Shown one piece after another: positions 17,874 to 26,245 of a stretch of 64,000 bases of DNA. Both the position numbers and the translations under genes were made by a program. The notes under the pieces are model-generated. The model ran no database searches, was not told where the DNA came from, and saw nothing but the letters and a program-made list of their open reading frames with translations. Origin of the DNA: Archangium sp. (lineage in GTDB: Bacteria > Myxococcota > Myxococcia > Myxococcales > Myxococcaceae); contig JASGKS010000001.1 in assembly GCA_047600485.1 (NCBI GenBank), positions 6,848,259-6,912,258 of the forward strand, read 5' to 3'. Numbering within the stretch: the first letter of the stretch is position 1; every line of letters begins with the position of its first letter.

Positions 17874-19435
17874 ATTCCCTGCACGCCGGGCGCGGTGGCG
17901 ACGTCGTACGCGAACGTGATCTGCGACTGCGCGCGCGGCTCCAGCTCGACCACCCACGTCGCGAAGCCGTTCTCGTCGACCTTCGGCTTGGGCGTGGTGC
18001 GCTTCGCGCCGAGCGTGATTTTCACCTGCTCGATTTCCGAGACGGGCATGCGCTCGATGACTTCGATCTTCTTCGGCTCGTCACCGAGGCTCGACACGTA
18101 GAGCCACACCGTCTTCGTCATCGTCTTCCAGTCGGTCGACGTCGCGTCCTGCGTGCGGTCTCGCTCGGTGCGGGCGAGGCGCAGCGTCGAGTCGGGCCCG
18201 AACGACAGCTTGAACTCCTCACCCGGAGCGACGAACAGGACCTTCGTCCAACCCACGAAGCCGTTCTGCAAGAGCAGCTCGACCGGCCCCGCGAGAATCG
18301 GGAACTTCGCTTCGTTCTTCTGCAGCGACGTGAGGAACACGCGCAGCTCGACCTCGGGGTACGCGACGAGCTTCTGCTGGGGCGTCGCGCTGAACTCGAA
18401 GAGCGGCACGGTGTTCGGCCGGCCATCGCTCGGCACGGTGCACGGACCCTTCGCCTCGAGGTTGCGAATTTCACCGCCGTCGTCGACGCCCGGCAGCTCG
18501 ACGGTCGAAGGCGGAGGCGCACCACCGGGCCCACCGCTCGCCTTCGCTTTCTGAATCACGACCTCGCGCGCGGCGACCACCAGCTTCTCGTTCTTCTTCT
18601 GCGCGGCGAGCAGGTCGTCGGACAACAGCGGCGGCTCGATGCCGAGCGACGCGCGCGCGGTGGAGAACACGAGCTTGCAGTTCGCCCAGTCCTCTCCGGT
18701 GTTCTGCCAGACGCACGCGCGGCTCTCGAAGCTGAACTTGCCGTCGGCCAGTCGCGCGGTGTGCAGCGGGCGCCACAGCGCGTTGGGCACCGTGTACTCG
18801 AAGGTGATTTCCACGTTCGCGTCGGCGGTGGTCACCACGTCGGCCTCGAGCCACGTCACGAAGCGCGAGTCGGGCCGGTCGAACGCCTGACGCTGATTCA
18901 CCAGGCGCTGACGGTCTTCGACCAGGTCGCGCTGCTGGTGCTGCAGCTCGAGGTGCTTCGCGCGCAGCCCGCGAATCTTCTCGAACAGCCCTTCGAGCAA
19001 GTCCTTCCACGGCGACTGCGGCTGGCCCCACGACACGTCTTCGGGCAATTCGGTGAACGCGCGGGTGAGCACCTGCTCGAGCCGTTCCTTGCGGCCGTCG
19101 ACGAGGCCCGCGTCTTCCACCAGGCGACGCCACTGCTCGGTGAGCTTCTCGATCTCGAGCTCGAGGTTCTTCAACGCCTCGGGCTTCTCGCGTGGAGCCA
19201 CCTTCATCGCGCGGCGCACGCGCACGTCGCTGACCTTCGCTCCATTGGAAGCGACGGCGCGCAGCGACAGGTCCTGCAGCACGGGCGCGACCTCGGGCAC
19301 CAGCACCAGGTGTTGCCCCGCGCTCAACTTCACGCTGCCCACGCGCTGCACCTGCGCGCGGTCTTCGAGCAGCGTCACCTTCTTCACCGGCGCCTCGAAC
19401 GTCACGGCCTTCTCGGGAAAGAGACTCATGTTCAC
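17870..19435 (-). CDS. DUF4139/DUF4140-like protein (mucoidy-inhibitor MuiA-like family, tentative)
   Basis: 521 aa. The layout is an N-terminal beta-rich region, a central coiled coil (LELEIEKLTEQWRRLVEDAGL..), and a C-terminal beta-rich domain. Its start overlaps the upstream paralog's stop by 4 nt. Confidence 0.45.
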   Translation of the reverse strand: MNMSLFPEKAVTFEAPVKKVTLLEDRAQVQRVGSVKLSAGQHLVLVPEVAPVLQDLSLRAVASNGAKVSDVRVRRAMKVAPREKPEALKNLELEIEKLTEQWRRLVEDAGLVDGRKERLEQVLTRAFTELPEDVSWGQPQSPWKDLLEGLFEKIRGLRAKHLELQHQQRDLVEDRQRLVNQRQAFDRPDSRFVTWLEADVVTTADANVEITFEYTVPNALWRPLHTARLADGKFSFESRACVWQNTGEDWANCKLVFSTARASLGIEPPLLSDDLLAAQKKNEKLVVAAREVVIQKAKASGGPGGAPPPSTVELPGVDDGGEIRNLEAKGPCTVPSDGRPNTVPLFEFSATPQQKLVAYPEVELRVFLTSLQKNEAKFPILAGPVELLLQNGFVGWTKVLFVAPGEEFKLSFGPDSTLRLARTERDRTQDATSTDWKTMTKTVWLYVSSLGDEPKKIEVIERMPVSEIEQVKITLGAKRTTPKPKVDENGFATWVVELEPRAQSQITFAYDVATAPGVQGM

Positions 19436-21663
19436 GCCTCCCTTCGGTTGCCGCCGACGAGTTCATTGTTCGCGTAGAGCTTCACGCGGTACTGCGCGCT
19501 CAACTTCTGCGTCGCGCCCGGCTTCACGGTGAACGTCCACTTGCGGCCGCCTTCGATGACGCGCCCGCGCTCTTCTTGTTTGTACGGCTCCCACGGCGGT
19601 TTGACCGTGCCCTCGTCGACCACCACTTCGGCGTCGGGTGCGGGCTGCGGCACGCGCTCGCGGATTTCGCAGTTCGCCGCGCGCTCGAGGTTGTTCACCA
19701 CGTCGAAGCTCAGGTCGTGAATCAGCTCGTTGGTCGCGACCACCTTGTCGCCCGAGCGCTGCTCGACGTACTTCGTGTTGCGCGCGACCTTGATGCCCTG
19801 CTCCACGCCGAGCGAGAGCTTGAAGTCACCGCCCGGAGCGACCGACGGCAGCCGTGTGGTGAGCACGTATTCTCCGCCGACGCTCACCTCGACCGGCCCG
19901 GGCAGCAGCGGAATCGAGATGGGGTTGCGCACCAGCGCCTGGCGGTAGACCGACGTGTCTTCACGCGGCACGCAGACGTAGAGCACTTCGCTCGTCGCGG
20001 TGCGCGTGCCCACGGGAACCGAGTGGAACGTGCCATCGCTCGGCACGTCGACCGCCGCGTCGGTGTCGTAGACGTAGTCGTACCAACCGGCCTCGGAGCG
20101 CACGTCGACGGTTCCGTTCGGCGCCGCGAGGTTGAACAGTTCGTGACCCTGGCGCTCGGCGTTCTCCACCAAAGACAACACATCGAAGGTGACGACCAGG
20201 CCGAGCGCAGAGAGTGAGTCGGTCAGTGATTGACGGCGATCGACTGGCGTGAGGCTCCCGCGGGTGTGGGCGCCCGACGCGCTCAGTCGCAGCGACGCGT
20301 AGAGCATCACGTCGAGCTGCGCCTCGACCTCACCGCCGCCGCCGAACTCGTCGCTCTCTTCCTTCATCATGTCGCGCGCCGCGGCCTTCTTGGCCTTCAT
20401 CGGCGGACCACCGCGACCGCCCGGCGCCGGAGCCGGAGCAGCCATCGCCGGCGGAGGCGCGGGAGGCGGCATGGCACCCGCCGACGCGCCCATGCTCATG
20501 GTCAGCGTGCGCATCGACACCGACTTCTCGCGGCGCACTGAGCGCTCCTCTTCCATCGAATCGTCGAGTGACGCTTCGGCGGCCGGCGCCATGTCGGGCT
20601 CGGGCGGCTGGAGCATCGGAGGCGCGGCGACCACGATGCCTCCCGAGAGCGCAGGCGGCTGCCACGAGGGAATCACCGGCACTGCCGCGCGCGCCGAAGC
20701 GAGCCCACGGTCGTAGTCGAGGAACAGCGAGCTCGCGCCCTGCGGCGGAGGGCGGAAGCCGCGCTGCGACGGCGGAGGCGGCTGCGCGCGACCGATGCGA
20801 ATCGCTCCCAGCTCGGGGAGCTCGGTCCAGCTCATGGGAGACGCGGTGGAGAGACGCAGCGTCACACCGCGCCAGTCTTCACCGGTGCGCTGCGCGACGA
20901 CGGCGCGCATCTGCAGGTCGGCCTGCGTGCAGTCGCGCGTCATGCGGCACTGGTAGGCAGGCGCCCAACGCGCGCCGAGCACGAAGTACTCGAGCACCAG
21001 GCGCGCCTTCTTCGCCTTGTCGGTGGTGACGAGCGTGGCGGTGACCGACTTCTGCAGCTCGTCGGGCTTCACGTGCCACGCGGTCGAGGCGAGCGAGATT
21101 TGCCGCTGCAGCTCGCGCTGTTTTTCTTCGAGCTGCTTCACCTCGTCACGCGCACTGCGCATCAACGCGATGCGGGCGGCGACGGAGTCTTCGTAGAGCT
21201 GCTCCATCGCCACGCGCGCGCCCATCGGAGCGGGCGGCGGCATCTTTCCCTCTTCACCATCGGGGCGCGGGAGCACGTTGAGCGCGCTCAGGCGATCGAG
21301 CTCGGCCTGCAACTGCGCGAGGCGGTCGTGTTGCACGCTGAGCGCGTCTTGCACCTCGCGCAGGGCCTTCGCTTCGGGAGCGACGGGCGGCGTGCCCCGC
21401 GGCGGCGCGAACAAACCGACGCGCACGTTGGACAGCAGGAGCATCTGACCTTCGGCTTCCAGGCGAACGCGCACCGTGTGGTCGGCGAGCGCGAGCGGGA
21501 GGCCGGTGACGAAGACCTCGGGCGGTGTCCCTCCCGAGAAGTCGAGCTCGGCGGTCCGGCGAACGGTGGCTCCGCGGTGGTACAGCGTGACTGATTCGAC
21601 GCGCGTCTCGATGGGCTTCACGTGGGTGGTTCCCTCCGGGCGTGGAGAAACCCACGCCCTCAT
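19432..21663 (-). CDS. DUF4139-like paralog with a Pro/Ala/Met-rich low-complexity insertion
   Basis: The start is taken as MRAWVSPRPEG.. (ATG at 21663), leaving a 100-nt divergent region with parD. The insertion is PPPAPPPAMAAPAPAPGGRGGPPMKAKK. The terminal domains are collinear with 17870..19435. Confidence 0.45.
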   Translation of the reverse strand: MRAWVSPRPEGTTHVKPIETRVESVTLYHRGATVRRTAELDFSGGTPPEVFVTGLPLALADHTVRVRLEAEGQMLLLSNVRVGLFAPPRGTPPVAPEAKALREVQDALSVQHDRLAQLQAELDRLSALNVLPRPDGEEGKMPPPAPMGARVAMEQLYEDSVAARIALMRSARDEVKQLEEKQRELQRQISLASTAWHVKPDELQKSVTATLVTTDKAKKARLVLEYFVLGARWAPAYQCRMTRDCTQADLQMRAVVAQRTGEDWRGVTLRLSTASPMSWTELPELGAIRIGRAQPPPPSQRGFRPPPQGASSLFLDYDRGLASARAAVPVIPSWQPPALSGGIVVAAPPMLQPPEPDMAPAAEASLDDSMEEERSVRREKSVSMRTLTMSMGASAGAMPPPAPPPAMAAPAPAPGGRGGPPMKAKKAAARDMMKEESDEFGGGGEVEAQLDVMLYASLRLSASGAHTRGSLTPVDRRQSLTDSLSALGLVVTFDVLSLVENAERQGHELFNLAAPNGTVDVRSEAGWYDYVYDTDAAVDVPSDGTFHSVPVGTRTATSEVLYVCVPREDTSVYRQALVRNPISIPLLPGPVEVSVGGEYVLTTRLPSVAPGGDFKLSLGVEQGIKVARNTKYVEQRSGDKVVATNELIHDLSFDVVNNLERAANCEIRERVPQPAPDAEVVVDEGTVKPPWEPYKQEERGRVIEGGRKWTFTVKPGATQKLSAQYRVKLYANNELVGGNRREA

Positions 21664-21730
21664 CGAAGGTTCCAACGAAAACGCACGTGTTCTTGTGACA
21701 GCCCAGCGGCCCACCAGCTCGGGGAGGCCC

Positions 21731-21763
21731 TTGACGGTGTGGTGCACTACAAATGTAATGCAC
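21731..21763 (+). promoter_or_regulatory. Sigma-70-like promoter TTGACG-N17-TGTAAT with an overlapping near-perfect palindrome (GTGCACTACA aa TGTAATGCAC), immediately upstream of parD; the transcript may be leaderless
   Basis: The -35 TTGACG is at 21731-21736 and the -10 TGTAAT at 21754-21759, with the ATG at 21766. The palindrome 21742-21763 is a 9/10 inverted repeat covering the -10. This is the classic autoregulated toxin-antitoxin promoter layout. Confidence 0.45.
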
Positions 21764-21765
21764 GC

Positions 21766-22023
21766 ATGAAGACGTCGCTGCTGCCAGCCACGCGGGTCGA
21801 CCCGAAGTTGCGGGTTCGCATCGAGGCGCTCTTGAGCGAAGGGGAGACGCTCTCTTCCTTCATCGAGTCGGCGGTCCTGAATCAGGCGAACTGGCGTGAC
21901 GAGCAGCGTGCCTTCGTTGCTCGAGGTCTCGAGGCCGAGGCGTCGGGCGACTGGGTGGAGCCGGCTGCCGTGTTCAAAGCGGTGCGCACCGCCGCAGGGA
22001 AGAAGCGCCGCAAGAATCCATGA
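21766..22023 (+). CDS. Ribbon-helix-helix antitoxin (ParD-like)
   Basis: 85 aa, MKTSLLPATRVDPKLRVRIEALLSEGETLSSFIESAVLNQ... It has an RHH-like N-terminus and an acidic C-terminus, and overlaps the toxin start by 4 nt (ATGA). Confidence 0.6.
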   Translation: MKTSLLPATRVDPKLRVRIEALLSEGETLSSFIESAVLNQANWRDEQRAFVARGLEAEASGDWVEPAAVFKAVRTAAGKKRRKNP

Positions 22024-22322
22024 AGCGGTATCGCGTTCTCTTCTCGCGCACCGCGAGTCGCGACCTGCAACGGCTCGCCGCGTTTCTTCGCTCTCGCGAC
22101 GCTGCCGACGCCCGGCTCGTGGAGCCGACTCTGCGTGCTGCGGTGGAGGCGCTGAAGCGCCTTCCGTTCCTCGGCCGGGTCGCGGCCAACCAGACAGACC
22201 CGACTCTGCGCGAGTTGCTCATTCCGTTCGGCGCGACCGGCTACGTGCTGCTCTATCGCGTGAGGACCGGAGAGATCAGGGTGCTGGCTGTTCGGCATCA
22301 GCTCGAAGGGCAGTACCAGTAG
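22020..22322 (+). CDS. ParE/RelE-family toxin
   Basis: 100 aa, MKRYRVLFSRTASRDLQRL...GYVLLYRVRTGEIRVLAVRHQ. This matches the ParE/RelE fold pattern. Confidence 0.7.
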   Translation: MKRYRVLFSRTASRDLQRLAAFLRSRDAADARLVEPTLRAAVEALKRLPFLGRVAANQTDPTLRELLIPFGATGYVLLYRVRTGEIRVLAVRHQLEGQYQ

Positions 22323-23157
22323 CGAGGCGCCCGTTGAGGAACGAGTCGACCTCGTCCCACGCGGCGTCGCGCAGGAGGATGTCCTGGTGGCCGACGCCTT
22401 CGAGGCGCACGAAACGGCGTGGGCCCGCGAGCGCTTCGTAGATTCGCAGCGAGTGTTTCATCGGCAGATACGCATCTTCCGAGCCGTGCAGCAGCAACAC
22501 CGGCACCGTGATTTTCGCAGCCGACTTCACCGGTGAGACATCGGCGACGTTGAAGTGCGCTTCACGCTCGGCGACCTCGACCGCGCGTGCCTGCGCCTTC
22601 GCGTCGAGGAAGAAGGGCGCCTTGTCCCGCACCACGGTCTGCAAGTCGGCGAACGGTGCGCCGGCGACCACCAGCTTGATGCGCGGGTCTTGCGCCGCGG
22701 CCTGCAGCACCACCGCTGCGCCCAGAGACTCTCCGACCACCGCGACCGGCAGCTCGCGACCGAAGCGCGCGAGCGCGGTGTCGATCACGAGACTCAAGTC
22801 GCCCGCTTCCTTCGCACCGTACGTGACGAATTCGCCCTTCGACTCGCCATGCGCGCGCTGGTCGTAGGCGACGACTGCGTAGCCCTCGGCGACGAAGCGC
22901 TCGGCGGCCGAGACGAAGTGCTGACGGTTGATGTCCTTGCCGTGCACGAAGACCACGACGGCGCGCGGCGTGTCTTTCGGAGCGAAGCGCCAACCGAACA
23001 ACGCGACGCCGTCGGTGGTGGTGACCTCGAAGTTCTCGTGCGGAATGGAGGGCTCGCCGATGACCGGGACGCGCATCGGCATTACCAACGCGCCGGAGGC
23101 GAAGTTCCCGGCGACACAGCCGGAGAGAACGAGACAGAGAAGCGGTGCAAATCGCAT
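22276..23157 (-). CDS. Alpha/beta-hydrolase-fold lipoprotein
   Basis: Start MRFAPLLCLVLSGCVAG. A nucleophile elbow GESLGAAV and the run VVFVHGKD..HGSEDAYLP are present. Its 3' end overlaps parE convergently by 47 nt. Confidence 0.75.
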   Translation of the reverse strand: MRFAPLLCLVLSGCVAGNFASGALVMPMRVPVIGEPSIPHENFEVTTTDGVALFGWRFAPKDTPRAVVVFVHGKDINRQHFVSAAERFVAEGYAVVAYDQRAHGESKGEFVTYGAKEAGDLSLVIDTALARFGRELPVAVVGESLGAAVVLQAAAQDPRIKLVVAGAPFADLQTVVRDKAPFFLDAKAQARAVEVAEREAHFNVADVSPVKSAAKITVPVLLLHGSEDAYLPMKHSLRIYEALAGPRRFVRLEGVGHQDILLRDAAWDEVDSFLNGRLATGTALRADAEQPAP

Positions 23158-23353
23158 CGCCGTGGCAGGTGCACGACGTGTGCGCGTGGCAACGGGCTGA
23201 TCATTCGCGGCCGTTGCGCAGCGTTCTGCGCAGCTCACGTCACGGAGGCGACACAGCACTGCACTGGGGAGGGCAGAGCACTCGGGTCTCGGGCCGTGCA
23301 CGACGCCAGCAGCCCCTCACGTCGAACGAATTCTGCTCACGGCACTCACCACT

Positions 23354-23371
23354 TCGTGAATTTGGCTGTGC
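23354..23371. promoter_or_regulatory. Perfect 8-bp-arm palindrome TGGCTGTG-cc-CACAGCCA in a locally lower-GC intergenic region
   Basis: It lies about 200 nt upstream of the hydrolase start and about 170 nt downstream of the 23543 gene's stop. It is a candidate operator or terminator stem. Confidence 0.25.
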
Positions 23372-23542
23372 CCACAGCCACTTTCACGTACTGGTGAAAA
23401 GTGAGACAAATTCCCCTCAAATTGAGGAGCACCCGCGCTTTCTGGCACGGCCGAGAACTAGAAACAACGACCCACCCCAATGCAGTTGATCGATCGGTCC
23501 GCTCGGAGCGAACAGCCATTTTTACGAAATCGTGCGCCGTCA

Positions 23543-25351
23543 TCAGCGATACGTGACCGGGCCGTCGTTGCCGTTGCGACCGTTCGAGCCGTCCCAGCCG
23601 TTCGAGCCGTCGTTGCCTCGGTAACCATCTGACGCGCTCGGCAAGGTGGTCGTCACCGCCGACGTGCCGCTTCCCGTAGTGCACGTCGTTCCCGAGCCAC
23701 CGCGACCCCCATCTCCGCCGCGGCCGCCGCGACCACCGTCACCGCCGCGACCGCCCGTTCCTCCGCGCGAGACGATGATGCGACGCACGAGCTCGGTGTC
23801 TTGCTGCGGACACGGCCCCGGGCACCGCAGCTCGACCTGCACCGGACCGCCATCTCCCGCAGGCCCACCATCGGTGCCGTTGCCGCCGGAGCTCCCGTTG
23901 CCGCCGCTGCCGCCTGAAGTCGCCGGAGACGAAGGGCACGTCGCGCTGCTGCCGCTCACTCCGCGCGAGCCGTCGCTGCCGCGGTAGCCGTCAGTGCCGT
24001 TCTGCCCATCACCACCGCGACTGCCGAACTCGAACGCGCGGCTCGTCATCTTCGGCACCACGACGAAGCGTCGCTCGGCCGACTGGCTCACGCCCTCGAG
24101 CAGCAGGTAGTCACCCGCGCTGGTCGCCATCACATTCACTGCGGGCCCGACCTGGCCCGTGCTGCCCGAGAAATACGAAGCGCTCGGCTCGAGGAACTGC
24201 ACCGGCACCGAGAGTGACGTCACCAGCTTTCCCGACAGGCGCACGGCGACGAGCAGCCCTTCACCCGAGCGCGCGAGCTCGAACACCTGCTGCATCGGCA
24301 TCGAGTCAGGCAATCGCGCCACGCCCTCGCCGTCGACTCGCATCGCTCCCGCGAACTCGACCTCGCGCGCATCGATGCACGGCTCGACGCGCATCGCCTC
24401 GGCCGCCTCACAGAGCGCGAGCGGCTTGCTGTACTTCACCGCGAAGCGCAGGTGCGGCTTCAAGTCGAACGCCGGCATCACCTCGTCGTGTTCCGGACCC
24501 GGAGCGACGAGCGCGGCGACCTGCTTGTACGTGTTCTGTCGAATCTTCACGTTGAAGGGCAACGGCATCGGCAGCTCCGGCCGCTCGAGCGCGAGTGACT
24601 TCACCGGCTGCGCCCAGCGCCCCGTCGCCATCAGCGCCTTCTCGACTTCATCGGCCCTCGCCTTCACCTCCGGCCAATCGCTGCGCTCGATGCGCAAGCG
24701 CACCAGCCGCCGCTTCGCGTCTTCACGCAACGACGCGCTCGGCACGCGCGAGGCCATGCGCGTCAAAACCAGATCGTCCTGCGCCGTGTTGATGAGCTCG
24801 GTGGTGAGCGGCTGGCCTCCGTACTGACCGTGGTCGAGCTCGAGCGTGGTCATCAACGCGTAGAAGACCGGCGGCGACGCGGGGTTCACTTCGTTCATGC
24901 GCTTCATCAACACGTCGAGCGAGGCCGACGGTTCACGCGGGCGCGCGTCGAGCACTTCGTTCACCGCGATGAGCCGCTCGGCGCCCTTCGGGTCTTCGAG
25001 GAGCGCGAGCACCACCTTCGCCAGCCGGCCGAGCAGAAACTCTCGCGTCGCGGGTGGAATCGCGGGCACCAGCAACTTGCCGCACGCACCCCAGCGCTGC
25101 GGAGCGAGCGTGTCTTCGCGCAGCGCTTCGACGAACGGCTCGGCGAGCTGCTCATCGAGTCGCTGCAACGGACCCGAGCCGCACACCGCGACGTCGGCGT
25201 TGTCTTGCGTGAGGTAGTGCACCAGCGCGTCGCCCGGCCAGCGCGCCGAATCTTCGTTGAGCTGCTCGAGCGTGTACGGGAGCGGGAACTGGTGCTTGCA
25301 ACCCGCGAAGGTGAACACCGCCACCAGGGCCAGGCTCAGTCGGAGCGACAT
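23543..25351 (-). CDS. Hypothetical lipoprotein with a Gly-rich collagen-like C-terminal repeat region
   Basis: Start MSLRLSLALVAVFTFAGC. The C-terminal ~170 aa are built from DGYRG[SN]DGS.G, GGSGGNG and GGRGGDGGRGGRGGDGG repeats. Confidence 0.5.
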   Translation of the reverse strand: MSLRLSLALVAVFTFAGCKHQFPLPYTLEQLNEDSARWPGDALVHYLTQDNADVAVCGSGPLQRLDEQLAEPFVEALREDTLAPQRWGACGKLLVPAIPPATREFLLGRLAKVVLALLEDPKGAERLIAVNEVLDARPREPSASLDVLMKRMNEVNPASPPVFYALMTTLELDHGQYGGQPLTTELINTAQDDLVLTRMASRVPSASLREDAKRRLVRLRIERSDWPEVKARADEVEKALMATGRWAQPVKSLALERPELPMPLPFNVKIRQNTYKQVAALVAPGPEHDEVMPAFDLKPHLRFAVKYSKPLALCEAAEAMRVEPCIDAREVEFAGAMRVDGEGVARLPDSMPMQQVFELARSGEGLLVAVRLSGKLVTSLSVPVQFLEPSASYFSGSTGQVGPAVNVMATSAGDYLLLEGVSQSAERRFVVVPKMTSRAFEFGSRGGDGQNGTDGYRGSDGSRGVSGSSATCPSSPATSGGSGGNGSSGGNGTDGGPAGDGGPVQVELRCPGPCPQQDTELVRRIIVSRGGTGGRGGDGGRGGRGGDGGRGGSGTTCTTGSGTSAVTTTLPSASDGYRGNDGSNGWDGSNGRNGNDGPVTYR

Positions 25352-25451
25352 GTGGCGAAGCTGATCAGAGGCCCGCCAGCGCGCGCCAGTAATATGGAGT
25401 GCAGCGGATTGCGGTCCGCCCGCGAACGACCGGGTAATATGGTGTGCCGCC

Positions 25452-26198
25452 ATGACGCCCGTGCTGCTGGCCGTGCTCGCCGCAGGTCCCGCGCCCACGG
25501 GTCCGGTAGCCGGTGCGAAACACACACTGTCCATCAGCGAAGCGCGCTCCATCTCGGGCACCATCGGCGGTCGCAAAGCCGAGACGGAACCGCTGCCACA
25601 GCTCGGAAAAGTCACGGTCGCGTGCAGCATCGTCGCAGCTGACGGAATGCACCCCACTTCGCTTCAACTCACGGTGAGCTCCGGAAGTTCCGGATTGAAG
25701 GGCCGCGAGTTCACCGCCGAAGTCATGAGCGGAGAGCTGGTGTTGCGCGACAGCAAAGGTGTGCCGACGCGCGAACAACTCGACGCGACGCGGAGCTTCA
25801 AGCCGTGGATTGCGGGCCTGCTGCGCGACGACCCCATCGTGACGGCCGCGCGCAGTGGTCGTGACGGCTGCAGCGAAGACGCTCGCGCGAAAGTGCTCGA
25901 TGCGACCGCACACGAGGTGCACCGACTCGTCGGAGGCGACGGTCCCTTCGAGCTCGCGCCCGGCGGCGAAGCGACGTGCGCCAAGAAGCAGAACGGCACC
26001 TACCAGCTCAAGTTCACCCTCACGTTGAAGGGCGCCGAATACACCGCGGCGTACGCGTTCAAGGGCACCGTCGAGATCGGCCCGAAAGCGTGGCACGCCA
26101 ACCTCGACCTGAGCGGCACCGCGAAGTTCGAGATGTCTGGTTACGGCGCGAAGGGAAAGATGACGGCGACGTGGGGCGTGAAGTCGGCGCTCAAGTAG
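25452..26198 (+). CDS. Hypothetical secreted protein
   Basis: 248 aa with a hydrophobic N-terminus MTPVLLAVLAAGPA. No motif is recognised. It is divergent from the lipoprotein at 25351. Confidence 0.4.
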   Translation: MTPVLLAVLAAGPAPTGPVAGAKHTLSISEARSISGTIGGRKAETEPLPQLGKVTVACSIVAADGMHPTSLQLTVSSGSSGLKGREFTAEVMSGELVLRDSKGVPTREQLDATRSFKPWIAGLLRDDPIVTAARSGRDGCSEDARAKVLDATAHEVHRLVGGDGPFELAPGGEATCAKKQNGTYQLKFTLTLKGAEYTAAYAFKGTVEIGPKAWHANLDLSGTAKFEMSGYGAKGKMTATWGVKSALK

Positions 26199-26245
26199 CC
26201 AACTGGGCAGCGTGGCCCGAATTCGTTCGTGTTAATTCCTGACGA

